A model generated the notes under the pieces. That model did no database searches. It was given only the letters and a program-made list of their open reading frames with translations, and was not told the origin of the DNA. DNA of 63,934 nt, filler included, from Perkinsus chesapeaki ATCC PRA-425 (Eukaryota > Protista > Perkinsozoa), in NCBI GenBank assembly GCA_013115145.1. It is 3 parts of 3 records of this genome, joined end to end, with 100 filler letters (N's around TTAATTAATTAA, not from the genome) between each part and the next. Parts side by side here need not be neighbours in the genome. Positions count along the whole stretch, not along the records: positions 1 to 29,734 come from JAAPAO010000449.1; 2 more parts are not named here. One strand, written 5' to 3'. The position numbers and the translations under genes were made by a program. Of the stretch, positions 1 to 12,739 are shown one piece after another. The number at the start of each line of letters is the position of its first letter. Positions within the stretch are counted from its first letter, which is position 1.

Positions 1-182
1 TATGTGAGCATGCTGTTGTTGTTGTATATGTGAGCATGCTGTTGTTGCTGTATATGTGAGCATGCTGTTGTTGTTGTATGTGTGAGCATGCTGTTGTTGC
101 TGTATATGTGAGCATGCTGTTGTTGTTGTATGTGTGAGCATGCTGTTGTTGCTGTATATGTGAGCATGCTGTTGTTGCTGTA
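1..182. repeat. 26-bp tandem repeat, 7 copies (may extend past window start)
   Basis: Unit TATGTGAGCATGCTGTTGTTG(T/C)TGTA at 1, 27, 53, 79, 105, 131, 157; no spacers between units. Confidence 0.95.
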
Positions 183-869
183 TAGATGGTCTTTGCATTT
201 CGCGTCTGGTATTGGTAAGAATGATAGAGACGTTGAACAGTAACATTAGATGAGATGAGACCATATCAACAGTCAAGAGTAATTGGTCGAGAACATCAAG
301 TGTAACAAGACTTGATGAATAATATTGATCCTTACCGGCCAGGGCTTAGCCTGATCATGCTGCAACATTGATACCGCGAGATATCATTTATACCATGATG
401 AACTACTGTACTAGAGAGCCGACAAGTAGAGTTCCATTTCTCGTCACCACGACCTTACGTACTCCAGTGGGTAGTATCTTACTTTACACTGTTTGGATAC
501 ACGCAAGCTGTTGAACAAAGCATGTAGCTCTGAGTATGATGGACATGCAGTTAAAGACATATTTAATTGTGTCATCGCAAGGCAAGTATTTGTTACAAAC
601 TCCTGTATCAGTTGATTATTTAATACTCATCTCACTTACCTCACTTACTCACAATACCAATGTTATATTATATATTATTAAGACTTGTTGTTGTTCTTGT
701 TACCATGTCTCTCCTTTTCACTATCACTCTTATATTATTTCTTATTACGAATATTCAAGCGAGAACACTCCGGCGAAAAGTAAGGTTATACTTAATTCTA
801 ATTTTGAATGAGCTTATTCTTAGACCCATCAACATAATACCGGCAGTAGTGGTAGTAAATGCGAAGTAA

Positions 870-1863
870 TAAGTGAATATCTAACGACAAATGGTACAAA
901 GGTAGAAAAACAACACTGTCAGAAAGAGACTCATCATTACTACTACAGAAAGAAATCAGAGTCGGTGGACATCTTCAGACTAGCGGCACTCGACAAAAGC
1001 CGCCTAAATTGAGCCTTACACATGTTAGTGTTTTTGAAGGTGAAATGGTGTAAGAATGAACAAACTGGCAATTTTAGTGGTATGATTATATTCAGTGACG
1101 TGGAAGGGAAGAGACTCACTCGATGTCGAAGCACACACCGTAGCTTCGAAAACGCGCAATATGATACAATTGATGAGGAAAATAATGAAAAGGGTTGCCG
1201 AAGGGCTATCAGGAAGATTGGTCTCGATTGGTATGATAAGAAGTTAAGCTATGATCAACATGAAATAATGCAAGATGTGAAAGAGAAGGGAAAGACTATG
1301 GAAGATGCTTTAGTCTTACTTGCCCTCAAAACTATTGAACATGACATTTTAAAAGGAAATTATGAAGATGAAAGTATGATTAGTAAATTCAATGTGTCAC
1401 AAGAACGAATGCAGAGTGAAATTGTAAGATAGAGAAAGATGAAGTATTCAGTCGATTGGGTTATTGACGTTGAGGGTTCAGGTTTTGAAGATGGCTGCTG
1501 CTTCATCACAAAATGGTGTTTATGGACTCAAGGAAATTGGCTCTTATTATTATGTATCATCAAAGAAGTAAGAACACACCCTATAGACCCTGTAGAGATT
1601 CATTATTTAGACGATGCGGGGAAAGTGAGAGAGTTAATGTAGCGAATCTCGAAGCTATCGCGGCGGCAATAATATCGTCAAGGCCCGCTCATCTGGTCGA
1701 GGACCCTCGACAATTAATACTTGATATTCTCACAAAACGTCAATTGGAATCTCCCTACGTCAAACTTCACGAAATACCTGTAAATGATATAAAGACAAGA
1801 GAGCAAGCCGCAGGTGTCCTAATTTATGGACATGTCACAGGTCATTATTATCATCTCGTTTAG
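870..1863 (+). pseudogene. Unknown-family paralog copy 1, decayed
   Basis: ORFs 1022-1432 and 1439-1642 are in one frame separated by TAG, with an in-frame TGA at 1010; shift into ORF 1513-1863 near ACAAAATGG; shares GCRRAIRKIG and AGVLIYGHVTG motifs with neighbours. Confidence 0.5.
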
Positions 1864-2399
1864 ATGTTTCTTTCTTTAATGTTTATTATTACCACTACTG
1901 GTCATGTACTTGGTCATGTTGTATTTTATCCATATTATTAAGCATCTAGTTCTAATTTACCGCCGCCAGACAACAACTTCCTCCTCACCTTTATTATAGT
2001 TTACTGTGTTATTGTACATAAACTACTACGATGACGTACTTCTATAAAGTCATCGCTTCCCTTGTCACCCTCGAGCAGGCAGCTCTAGCAGCCACAGCAG
2101 CAGTGACACGGGTAAACAGCTAGAGGTGTCAGAAGATGTTGTTAGATTAATTGGAGAATGTTATTCGGATTAAAGCTATTGTTATTGTAGGAATCAGTGA
2201 AGTCAGCTGAATGCTCTTTGAAGCTAGCTCATTCAGATGGCACATCGGTATGTTTTAATTAGATCATGTCATGGTATTCTATTATTGTCATCCTCTTTAG
2301 AGTAGCACTATTGTTGTTGGTGCTGAGGTGACATTTGAGAAGTTGACCAAACAGTATCATGCTGATACAACATACATTTCTTTAGGAGAGGGGAGAATG

Positions 2400-3275
2400 G
2401 GTGAAGTGTAAGGAGGAATAATGATATCGTATTAATGGTATCTACGGCAGGCCTCTTAATCCCACAAAGGAACAATACGAATGTACACAGATTCATATAT
2501 TCGACGCTGGCACTATTCTCGATACTACTACTTATGATCCCAATAAAGACGATATTTTCAAGCAAAGGAAAAGTCTCAAAGACCAGTGCGAAGCTTATAT
2601 CATAGGGCTCGGACATGAAATATTTACCAAAAATAGCAGCATGAGTATACTATGGGATGCCAGTGGTTTGTCAAAGGCAACAAAAGGATGGCGCTCGAGG
2701 GGCCTACTTACTACAGTTGGTTTGACCCGTGAAGATATTGATAAGGCTCTGTTCGCTATGGAGACGAGGGCTCGAGGAAACTTGAAGGATTATACGGCAA
2801 GATTAAATTACACTACGAGACAGGAAATGCACGATGGAACATTGGTAAGATGCTGCAGTTATATCATCATAATCGATAGGAGAGTTCACACAAGTCTTTC
2901 AGAAATTCCAAAGGATTGGTCTTGATAGCGAACTTCAATTGGGTGAGTTACGTATAACGGAAGTCAATCCCCTGAAGTGAGTTAATACCAAAAAAGGCGC
3001 TGAGATACGGTTTATTATATCTCAGAGCTAAGTGTAAGTTGGCAAAGGTTAACACTAAAGGACTAAAACAGGCGAAAAAGCAGGTTAATGTGAACATTAA
3101 AGGTGTAAAGAAGAGTGTATACGATGCTATTGTGGACTTGGCAAGAAGCTTAAATTACATGAATACAGATAAAGCTATAAAGAATGGAGTCAGTCTTACA
3201 GGGGTTCCGATGAATAACAGACGAAAACAATTAGACGTATCAATAAGAGCTATAATTGTAGGCATGACCGACTAA
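2400..3275 (+). pseudogene. Unknown-family paralog copy 2, decayed
   Basis: Frame upstream of ORF 2641 reads DQCEAYIIGLG; ORF 3039-3275 ends NRRKQLDVSIRAIIVGMTD, in register with copy 4. Confidence 0.45.
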
Positions 3276-3599
3276 TCCGGTGAAATGTCCATAATTGTTT
3301 ATTAAACCGGTGTTCACGTGGTGTACATGATGATGATGTTCAACAAGTGCTACTACTAGGATGATGATAATTTGTTGAATTGGTTTGTTGTTTCACTTGT
3401 TGGTGGTTCAAATAAAATTATACTCGACCATTGTATTCCATATGTATTCAAACAACAGAAGACTAGTTAACTTCACCAACACACCAGAGATATCGCTAGA
3501 ATACTAGACATGTCAAATAATAGGTTGGTCTTGCCATATATGGTATAGAGAGGCATTTCAATTTGAAACTTACTTCGTCAGTTTACCATATTCCGACCC

Positions 3600-5079
3600 A
3601 TGCGATTCGGTGCAGCTGCGCTTCCCTGGAGTCTCATCCTCCTTCTTCTTGTTTGGTTAACCCCAACAGAAGGAGGATGTGGGTTATTAGGATGCATTAA
3701 GCGAAGGATATTTAACAAGAAGAATAGAGACAAGAATAAGAATGATGTTTGTAAGATGAAAGTTGAGAAGTCATCAGAAGGAGTCATAGAAGTAGCACGC
3801 CATAGCCGATACTATTGGCGAGAACAACTTCAGGTTAGAGAAGTTGCTACCACGCGAAGGATGAAGAAGAGCGAAATCACGCACCTCGCAGTATGGCAAA
3901 CAAGAACAAAAATAAAGTATGAGGCATTTGAAGGCAGGGTCGGGAGCATTATGTCGATAGGGACACCAAGGGAGCGGAGAGTAAAAAGAAGAAGAAGAAG
4001 AAGAAGAAGAAGAAGAAGAAGAAGAAGAAGAAGAAGAAGAAGCAACACGTGTTATATGAATGTAAGGGTGACTTTTATTTATATATGAGACAATTTAATA
4101 ACCCTGACAATGACTTATCACTTCCCCCGCCCCCACCTGTGAATGATGCAGAAGACACAGACATTGATCCACTACCACTGCCACTGCCACCACCACCACC
4201 AATAGAAGCATATGGCTATACAACTGTGGATGCAGAAGATAGGGGTTTACTATCACAGCTGGAGGAAGAGGAGAATCACTCTACTGTTGATGAAGAAACT
4301 TGTCTCAAGAATGTACACTCTTTAGCTGAACGATTTTAAGCTTATTCACCTGGCTACTCAAACGTGAAATCAATTGGATCAGAGAACTATGAAAATATGA
4401 AGAAGGAAGGAACACTACAAACTTTATTGAATGTTGCAGAGGCGGCTGAAACGATCAACGGTGAAAAGGGGTGCAAGTTTGTTGTTGGATTTCGGTTTGG
4501 TACAGAACAAGCAACAGTAAGCAACTGAATCGATATTATAACTATTTCATATGTTTCATTTTGTAGGGCTTTTTATCAGTACAACTGGCACCGGTTAAAG
4601 TTGAAGATCGTAGAACCGACGCCTTCCAGTTTAGACTTCATAAGATCGGTTATGTGAATGAGGAAGAGAAAAAAAAGTAAGAATAGAAATATACTATCCA
4701 ACGCTGCGGCGTACTCCCGTAAGTCATCATTCTATAGTAGACTCTTGCCATTCATAGACATCTTCCTGATCACAATCACGATTAAATTACACTTGTCATT
4801 CTGTACAGGTCTTGCAAAGACGGTGGGGTTCAGCCTAACACGACTACAGCCAACAAGCTAATAGAAGAGACACGTTTAATGATTGGAAATGGGGACGAAG
4901 ACCAATGCTATCAACAACTACTTGCCTATGCCAAAAAGGCTTACGAGTATAACTCTCAACTATCCAAGAGACATAGTCTTGATATTAATGATTTGTCAAA
5001 TATTGAGAGGAATGTTGCCGTGAGAACAGCTGTGAGACTAATACATTTACTTACTACTGGTTTTTCATTACCATATTGA
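3600..5079 (+). pseudogene. Unknown-family paralog copy 3, decayed; signal-peptide-like start and Pro/Glu-rich linker
   Basis: MRFGAAALPWSLILLLLVWLTPTEG start; PPPP/EEEE fragment 4049-4339; FRLHKIG near 4630; ends AVRLIHLLTTG (4879-5079). Joining these pieces into one gene is inferred. Confidence 0.4.
3986..4042. repeat. (AAG)19 microsatellite
   Basis: Direct reading. Confidence 0.95.
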
Positions 5080-5513
5080 TGTTCGCGTGGTGGTGCCATG
5101 GTTTACGGGATGTCTTGGTTACTCAACTATGTTGCCTTATGAGTAATTATAATAACACTTGTTGCGCAACCCGGTCGAACCCGACTCGGGGAAGGTGGAA
5201 TCGTATCATACCATAAAACTTAAATGATCCGCAGAAGTACAGTTACTTATCGAGTTTAATAAAGGTTTTCAGACACCTCTATGAAGTTATGGTAACAAAA
5301 ACGCAATGTTCCAGTAGTAATTACCACTCGATATCAGTACTTCTATATTGGGCTAATACAGTAGTATAGCAGTATTGATATGGTGAGGAGTACTTCACAT
5401 GTGTCAACCGATATATGAATTCTAAACAACTGTAAACAAAACAACAAAACAAGATAGGCAACAATGAACAACAACAACAACAACAAGATTAACAGTAGAT
5501 CAATTACTATATA

Positions 5514-6800
5514 TTAATAAGTATCCTGATATATGGCATCAAAAGCATTAACTGCATGTCGGTGACCAACATATCCAGTTAGCTTGTATCTTATAAGCTT
5601 AACCGCATTATGAATTGCAGCACGTCTATTCTGTGGTAGTATTATATCAGCATCCGCCGGGAAAGGCTGAAGATGAAGCCGTTGCTTAATGTTATCATTT
5701 AGTTGTCCATTAATATAATGTGCATAACGCAGAGCTTGCCGTATACAAGACGCGACAGCACCCTGATATGTGCTACTCAATAGTTTAACATTTCCTAAAA
5801 GATCATCAAGTTCATCTATTTTTATTGATAACACCCTAAGAGAAGCTCAATAATGTTATTGAAAGCAGATGCATTAATACCCTTTTGAAGTCCGGGGCAA
5901 ATCTAGCTTTGCCAATCGTGGTGTCTTTGCCTCCTCATCAATAATAAAGACTATATCGCTGAGTACCTGGGAATAGTGCCCTTGTTGGAATTCCTATCCG
6001 ACTTCAGTTTTTTACTAATTTGCTGTTCAAATTTCGTGCACTAACCAATCTGTAAGCATTCTTCCGCGTTAGTTCTTCAACCGCTTCATAGGATATGACA
6101 GCAAGTGCCCAGTTCTCCTTTGACTCTTGTGTTTTAGTATCATATGAATTCCTGTCTATCGTGGAGTTATATTCCAAAGCCATACCATATCTTATAATGA
6201 AATCTTTACAATGGTCATCAACTCTATCAATAACAGTTTCACCCAAGAGATGACTGTCGTCTACATTGGGGAGACCAGCCTCCATATAATGATGAGTACC
6301 ACCAATATCGTATATAGTGATATAATCTATTGTTATCATTTCTGTGCCTCTATTACTCTTGGTAGGTCTAATAGACGCTCCAACTGTAACCTACGTAGAG
6401 TAAGCTCATATTCTTATAAGTTACACCTCTGTTAACCTCATTAGGCATCCGACGCAGGTTCTCCTTGACCTTTCCATTTAAGGTGCATCGTTTAATAGAT
6501 GGAGGAGGTTTAGACACCTGTCATATCAATTTAATAAGCACATTCAAATGTCGAAACTTAGTATCTCACATCTGTTTTAATGGTTGCTTCATTGATTGTA
6601 ATATTCAGCAAAATAATAATTGATAAGAAGGCGCCTCCTTTTATCATGTTATAATAAATTACAGTCGATACTAAATACTATAACAGTGGATCCTTCTAAT
6701 TCATTGTCATGTTACTTTCTATCGATTCAATACCTAAACGTTGATAATCTCTTTCATCTTGGAAATAACATTATGCTCGATGGTAGATATATCAGGCGAG
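5514..6800 (-). pseudogene. Unknown-family paralog copy 4, decayed, inverted relative to copies 1-3
   Basis: ORF 6004-6339 has DHCKDFIIRYG; ORF 5514-5834 has NRRAAIHNAVKLIRYKLTG; stops and frame changes between them. Confidence 0.5.
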
Positions 6801-7146
6801 CGACGAATATATTGGAAATTGTGACAATAAGCAACTTAGCGGAACGATTTCCGGGAGTCAGGTGAGTTACATATTGATTCGAAGGGCTCATCTTTTTGAA
6901 CATTAGAATCGATGTAAGGTATCCGTCTCAATTTGTATTATAAAGCAGTGGTATACAATAATAAGGTGACATACGAAGCAGTAGTTGTATTGATGCCGAG
7001 AAGTGTTTTCTGCTCATCATTTACATATTATATTAATGTGGTTATTTAATCTTATTGATACTTCTATAACACAAACCAATACTGTTAGCAACTTATATCC
7101 TTACTGACTTCCGTTAATATCAGTATTATCTGGCAGACTCTTCAGT

Positions 7147-8343
7147 TTAATGTTTAGCCTTCTTATTAACGTGTTCACTCGACTGAGGCGGTGCTGATGA
7201 GGATGGTGTTCCCGTATCAGTTTGGACTCGAGTATAGTTTAGAGCTATATGAGCTGCTTCTTCTAGAAGCTCCTTCTCAGGCGTGGGGTGGTTAACATAT
7301 CTATTAAATAGATGGTTGATGAATAATAATATAAATAAATAGACTAACTTTAATAATGATGGTTCTGCTTCAACACTAATTGTTATATCATCTTTCACAT
7401 GACGTAATTGCCCTCTTTTTCTTAACTTTCCTTTACAGTGTAATAAATCACCAAATGGCAACGTCAATCTCCATGCATGTAACAGCATTCTTGGAAGGCT
7501 ATCACTTCTACCACCTAATGATAATACAACTATTAATATATAACATATTAAAATATAATAAATACCATTAACAAGATGATGTTTATTAGCATATGTATAA
7601 TCGCCTAGTATAGGATGTCCAATATATGATAAATGTAACCTTAATTGATGCCTTCTACCAGTTAATAGTCTCAATACAAATACCGTACATTTAACATCAC
7701 CACCACAATAAGTATTAATAACAGGTACAGCTATTGTGGAACTGGGCTGGCCTTTATCTGATATCTCCATCCTATAAACAAGGATATAATAACAATAGTG
7801 TTCTTCACAATCGTTGATACCTAAACTCCCCTTCTACAGCCGCTATTGGTTCTGTTATCAATCTGGCTTTCATTAATTCATCTTCATCAACCCATCCATC
7901 TCCAACTGCAATATATAGCTTCTTTGTTAATCGGAACTATTAATAATAATTATTAACTTCGGGGATATTCTCCCCTACTTGAAACAAGGCGCTTGTTTCC
8001 CTATCAGCTGTTTTATTTAAAGTCACAACAACAGCTCCACTGGTGGCAAAATCAAGTTGATTGGCCAATCTAAACTTATCCATTTTAATTCTCAATGATC
8101 CTGGTCGTGCATTTGGTAAATCTCTAAGATACTTCTCCAATGTGTAAGTAAAGTCACCGTCAACTCGTAGATCATATGGTTTATCAACAATAATAATATC
8201 ATCATCCCTAATTATTATTATATACATTTCTTGTTATTCTAATAATAATAGACTAACCTATATAATATTGGTATAGTATAATCGTCTGTGAAGGGTGGAT
8301 CTCTCCTTGTTATTGTCATCTCATCAACTTTATTATCTTCCAT
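7147..8343 (-). CDS. RluA-family RNA pseudouridine synthase, multi-exon
   Basis: IIIVDKP motif, catalytic-Asp motif NQLDFATSG, LTGRRHQLRLH, GHPILGDYTY, RMLLHAWRL; clean GT-AG introns (e.g. 8208-8257) restore the frame from ATG 8343. Confidence 0.9.
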
Positions 8344-8495
8344 TATCGTTTGTTATTAATAACTACTACTACATTTCGATACTTCTTTAACACAAAGACC
8401 AGGCTCCATAATAATATAGAAAACGACGTATTGTGTATAAATGACTATAATTTAACTTGATAATAACAACAACAACAATAGTAATACAATGTTAG

Positions 8496-10936
8496 TTATA
8501 CCAATTCTTCATCATCATTATCTCCATCATTGGCAATATTTTTAACATCATTATCAACAATAACCTTCCCTGATTCGGACGGCTCCGGTGAGTACATAGT
8601 TTTATTAATTTCCCTCCCGTCTATTGATGGTGCTGGTGGGTCCTCAGGTGGTGGTGGTGAATCATTCCTTTGATGAAGATCCATTATTTTTTGTCTATCC
8701 TCAACTAAGGTTTCCTTTTCTTGTCTAACAACTGCTTTAATTGCCTTCTCCACCATATCCCTTCTAGTAGCTTGTTGTTCCTCGGTTGCCATTTCCTCAA
8801 CACTCATAACAGCCAATGCTTTCGGTCCACTTTCAGAGCTCAACAACCTTCCTCTTAAGGCAGCATTTTGTCTTAAATTAAATGTTAACGTTCTAACTCT
8901 TTGATAATACTCCTTTAAATCATAATCACTAACCCTACTTTTATCATAAGCTTTAATACCGTATTCTTCCCATAATGCATCCTCCAACATCTGTGCACCT
9001 TTCTTAGCTCTATCTTCACCTTCATCTATTAAAGCTTTACTCTCTAACACATTCATAACCTTTTTACGTTGATCTTCAATACTAACAGTATGCTGTTGCT
9101 GTTGTTGTTGGGTATTATCCTTTGCCCTCTTGGGTGTACTTGATGATGATGATGATCTATTATATGTTGCTTCTATTCCCATAATATTTTTAATCCTCTT
9201 AACACTAGATATATAATCCTCATTACCACCATCATCTGTCATATTTATAATCTTCTTTAATGATGCTTTAATTGATTTCCCTATCGGTTGTAGCCAAGTC
9301 GCTGATGGTGGCTTCCTCAAATCACCACCCCACCCCCCTGGACCATCAAGCATCGGCAATATATCTTTCTTGATCCTGTCTTTAAAAACACTCTTTATCC
9401 CTGTCCCAGTCTCCGCTTGTTTTGCTAATCGTTGTAATAATACCATTAATAAGGTAACATCTACATTTTTGCCATTCCCCAAATGTGGATCCTTTAACAT
9501 CTTCATCTCATTACACCAAGATGTTAGGTTACTAGGTGTTAAAATGTCACTTCTAATATCACTCTTCAGACGTTTAATCGATAACTGAAGAGGAGATAAA
9601 GTACTATAAATAAAACACATAAAACCCCGGTAAAACCAGGGAAGGTAAATAATATAATACTAAATGGATGTAAAGGGAAGCAGTTTTATAGGTTATATAT
9701 TCCTCAAAAATTATGATCATGCTGCTCGTAAAATAGTAATTATTTTGTTATAATATACTTCTTCTGAGTTGTACCCATAGTCTGTCGTGTGCATTAGTTT
9801 AATCAATATACTCTGCTGCTGCTGCTGCTGCCTATCATTATAACTACCTGTCTAATATCCTCTTTTCGCCATATATCCTTATCACTTTCACTGAGTCTTT
9901 GCCATATCATCTTCAACCCTACCTTATCAATATCACCCTAAAAATATTATTGAAATAACATTGAAATAATAATTAATACCTTCTTCTTTTTAGCTCTATA
10001 AACTCTTATAAAGCTGCTATAACCATCCCCCATACTACTAGATGATGCCATTGATGATGAACTCTAATCAATAAAACAACTTCCTCATACCACTCCTTGC
10101 TCTAATCCTATTACTTTACTCCTCTTCCTTAATCTATTATCACTACAACTATCATCATCATCACTAGATGGTAATGACCAGCTTGCATCTGAAGAGCCTT
10201 CTCTTTGTCCTTTCCGCCTTCTTTTCCTTTTATTATTGAATCTATGTATGCGATGGTTTCCCGACCCATCTGAGCCATCCTCTGATGAGCTGCTGCTGCC
10301 ACTGCTATACACCCCAGTAGACTCCCCTACACTGGCTTTCCAACTAAATGCTCCTACTGGTAATATAACATCATCCTTACTCTTATTAACAGTTATATTA
10401 TCATCTACTATATTCTTTTTATTACTACTCTTAGGTGACTTAACCTTCTCCACTTTTGATATTATTAGATCCCCTCCTCCCTTACTCTCTTCTAGCCCGC
10501 CACTGCCGACCCCCTTTAAAACAGCTGCCATACTCTCCCCCCGCCTCTTTTCTATCTCCCTGCTTCGACCAGCTGCTTTACTTAATAAGTTACGGACATC
10601 ATTTTCATAATTCTTCTTCCTTGGTGTCGATACACTCCTTGGAGATGTTCTTTTTTCCGATACTAATTGTCTCATCAGAGCCGCCGTTTCAGATTTAACA
10701 TCTTTCTTAAAGATCAACTGCCCTGCTGCTGTTCCTCCTCCTGCTGCTGCTGTTGGTGTTCTGTGTCTCGGTGTTGTCTTGCTATTGTAGCTTGTTCTTG
10801 TCCTTCTCTTTGTTGGAGATGACGACCTTTGCCTCGGTGGTGCATCTAATACCTTAATAGGCTTCTTAGTAGTCTTATCATTTGTTATTGATGGTGGTGG
10901 GGTTGATGGTGTTGGCTCTGACCATGAGAACTTCAT
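8496..10936 (-). CDS. TFIIS central-domain protein with HMG-box-like segment, multi-exon
   Basis: YYQRVRTLTFNLRQNAALRGRLL...MSVEEMATEE matches the TFIIS central domain; spliced middle exons give YSSFIRVYRAKKKK/GDIDKVGLKMIWQRLSESDKDIWRKE; low-complexity basic first exon 10085-10936. Confidence 0.7.
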
Positions 10937-11209
10937 AAATTACTATAACCCCTTCAATCACATCTTTACTAACTTTAGTATTATTTAACTTATAACCTAA
11001 CAAAACCGTGTTAGGGCTAGAAATTATGATATGGATAACAATTGATCAGAATTTAATAACAAAGTGATAGAGTGAGTAGAGAGAACAATAACGAATGGAG
11101 GCAACACTATACAAACTGGGCAAGGTAACAGGAACAACAATAAACGCGAAAAGATCTCGATTGTACAACGCCGTTGAGGAAATGCAAGTGTGGGTAAGTT
11201 GAGCAAGAT

Positions 11210-12606
11210 ATGCATTATGACTTTACGACGATAATGGATTGTTGGGAGCCGTCGCCGTCGTCGTTAATAGTGTGTGTTGGTCTTGTATGTAATGATATAA
11301 CAGTTAAAGTATCATCATATCCATTAGCTAATAGTAAAGTAGTTACTAATGATTATATAGAAGGTATTGGTGGTAATGGTTGTAATGTTGCTGTAGCTTT
11401 AAATAAGCTTGGGGCTAATGTTGAATTGGTAACAAAGATATTAGGAGGTGGAAAAGGGAAGGAGCTTTATGATAAACTAGATACAATGGAAATGTTTAGA
11501 AATGGGTTAAGTGTTGTTAAAGATGATGGTCATCTGGGGTTATCATATATTATTACTGATAAAACAACAAGGACAATATTAATGACCAGAATGAGCGAAC
11601 AGTTCACCGCTGATGAGATACCAATAAAACCATTTAATGATTTCTGGTCAACACATAAGGTCTCTTGCCTTTATCTTGATGGCCGATTCGCCAGTGTTGC
11701 TGAGGTCTATGCTAGAGAGGCTGTTACTAGGGGTGTGCCTGTGGTGATGGATGTTGAACGATCGAATAGAGATGGACTTATAGAGCTATTGGCTATGTGT
11801 ACTGGTATTATCGTTAGTGGTTATGATACTATTGATAATATATTACAAACTAATAACAAAGAGAGTTTATTTGATATATCATCTACTTTACAGTGGATGG
11901 TTATTACACTTGGTGAAAAGGGATCAGTTATGGAGACTAGGGGCGGTGAAAAGGTGACAGTAGCGGCTCGGAAGGTAATAATATATTGTATAATAGTATT
12001 ATAATAATATATAGGTTAATGATGTTATGGATACTACTGGGGCTGGTGATGCCTATCAAGCTGGATTAGTGTATTCTATTTGTAAAAGGTTAATTAATAA
12101 AGAGGATAATGTAATAGGGTTAGTAGTATGGGATAGGGTTAGTAGTATGGGATAGGGTTAGTAGTATGGGATAGGGTTAGTAGTATNNNNNNNNNNNNNN
12201 NNNNNNNNNNNNNNNNNNNNNNNNNNNNNNNNNNNNNNNNNNNNNNNNNNNNNNNNNNNNNNNNNNNNNNNNNNNNNNNNNNTTTATAGGGTTAGTAGTA
12301 TGGGATAGGGTTAGTAGTATGGGATAGGGTTAGTAGTATGGGATAGGGTTAGTAGTATGAATTTAGGTAATACCGTACTTTATACCAACTTTACCAGATT
12401 TGCAATTTGCTACATATCTAGCAAGTGAGAATTGTCGTCATATTGGTGCCCAGAATACCCTTAATAATAATGAATGTAGAGATGCTATAATGATACAACT
12501 GGCTAATGAACAAGAACAAGGAGAAGAACAAGAAGAAGAAGAAGAAGAAGAGCACTTTCATTATATAACCCTGTTTGTGTTACAAACAGTAGTAATCAAC
12601 TTGTGA
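11210..12606 (+). CDS. PfkB/ribokinase-family carbohydrate kinase; 3' part spans an assembly gap
   Basis: GGNGCNVAVALNKLG (signature 1); after intron 11975-12014 DTTGAGDAYQAG (signature 2); final helix LQFATYLASENCRHIGAQ at 12400 onward. Confidence 0.9.
12115..12359. repeat. 19-bp tandem repeat (TAGGGTTAGTAGTATGGGA) flanking a gap inside the PfkB gene
   Basis: About 4 copies on each side of the N run. Confidence 0.9.
12187..12282. other. Assembly gap (96 N)
   Basis: N run without linker. Confidence 1.
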
Positions 12607-12739
12607 ACACCTCCTTCCTACCTTCAAGGCTCCTCCTCCTCCTCCTGCTGCTGTTGCTACTGGGGTTAATGGCTCATATGGGGCCATTGGGTAGTATGAG
12701 GAGGTCCTTCACTGTTAATATTAGTTTGATTATTTATAT

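Noticed and set aside
1-182. 26-bp, 43-bp (43587-43728) and 15-bp-period repeats as CRISPR arrays
   Set aside because: No spacers in the first two; 7-nt spacers and 8-nt cores in the third are far too short; eukaryotic context, no cas genes
3830-4088. Poly-Arg and antisense poly-Leu ORFs
   Set aside because: Translations of the (AAG)19 microsatellite
1010-6004. Stop-codon reassignment or programmed frameshifting in the decayed family
   Set aside because: Different stop types and both shift directions occur with no consistent codon context; neighbouring genes use standard stops
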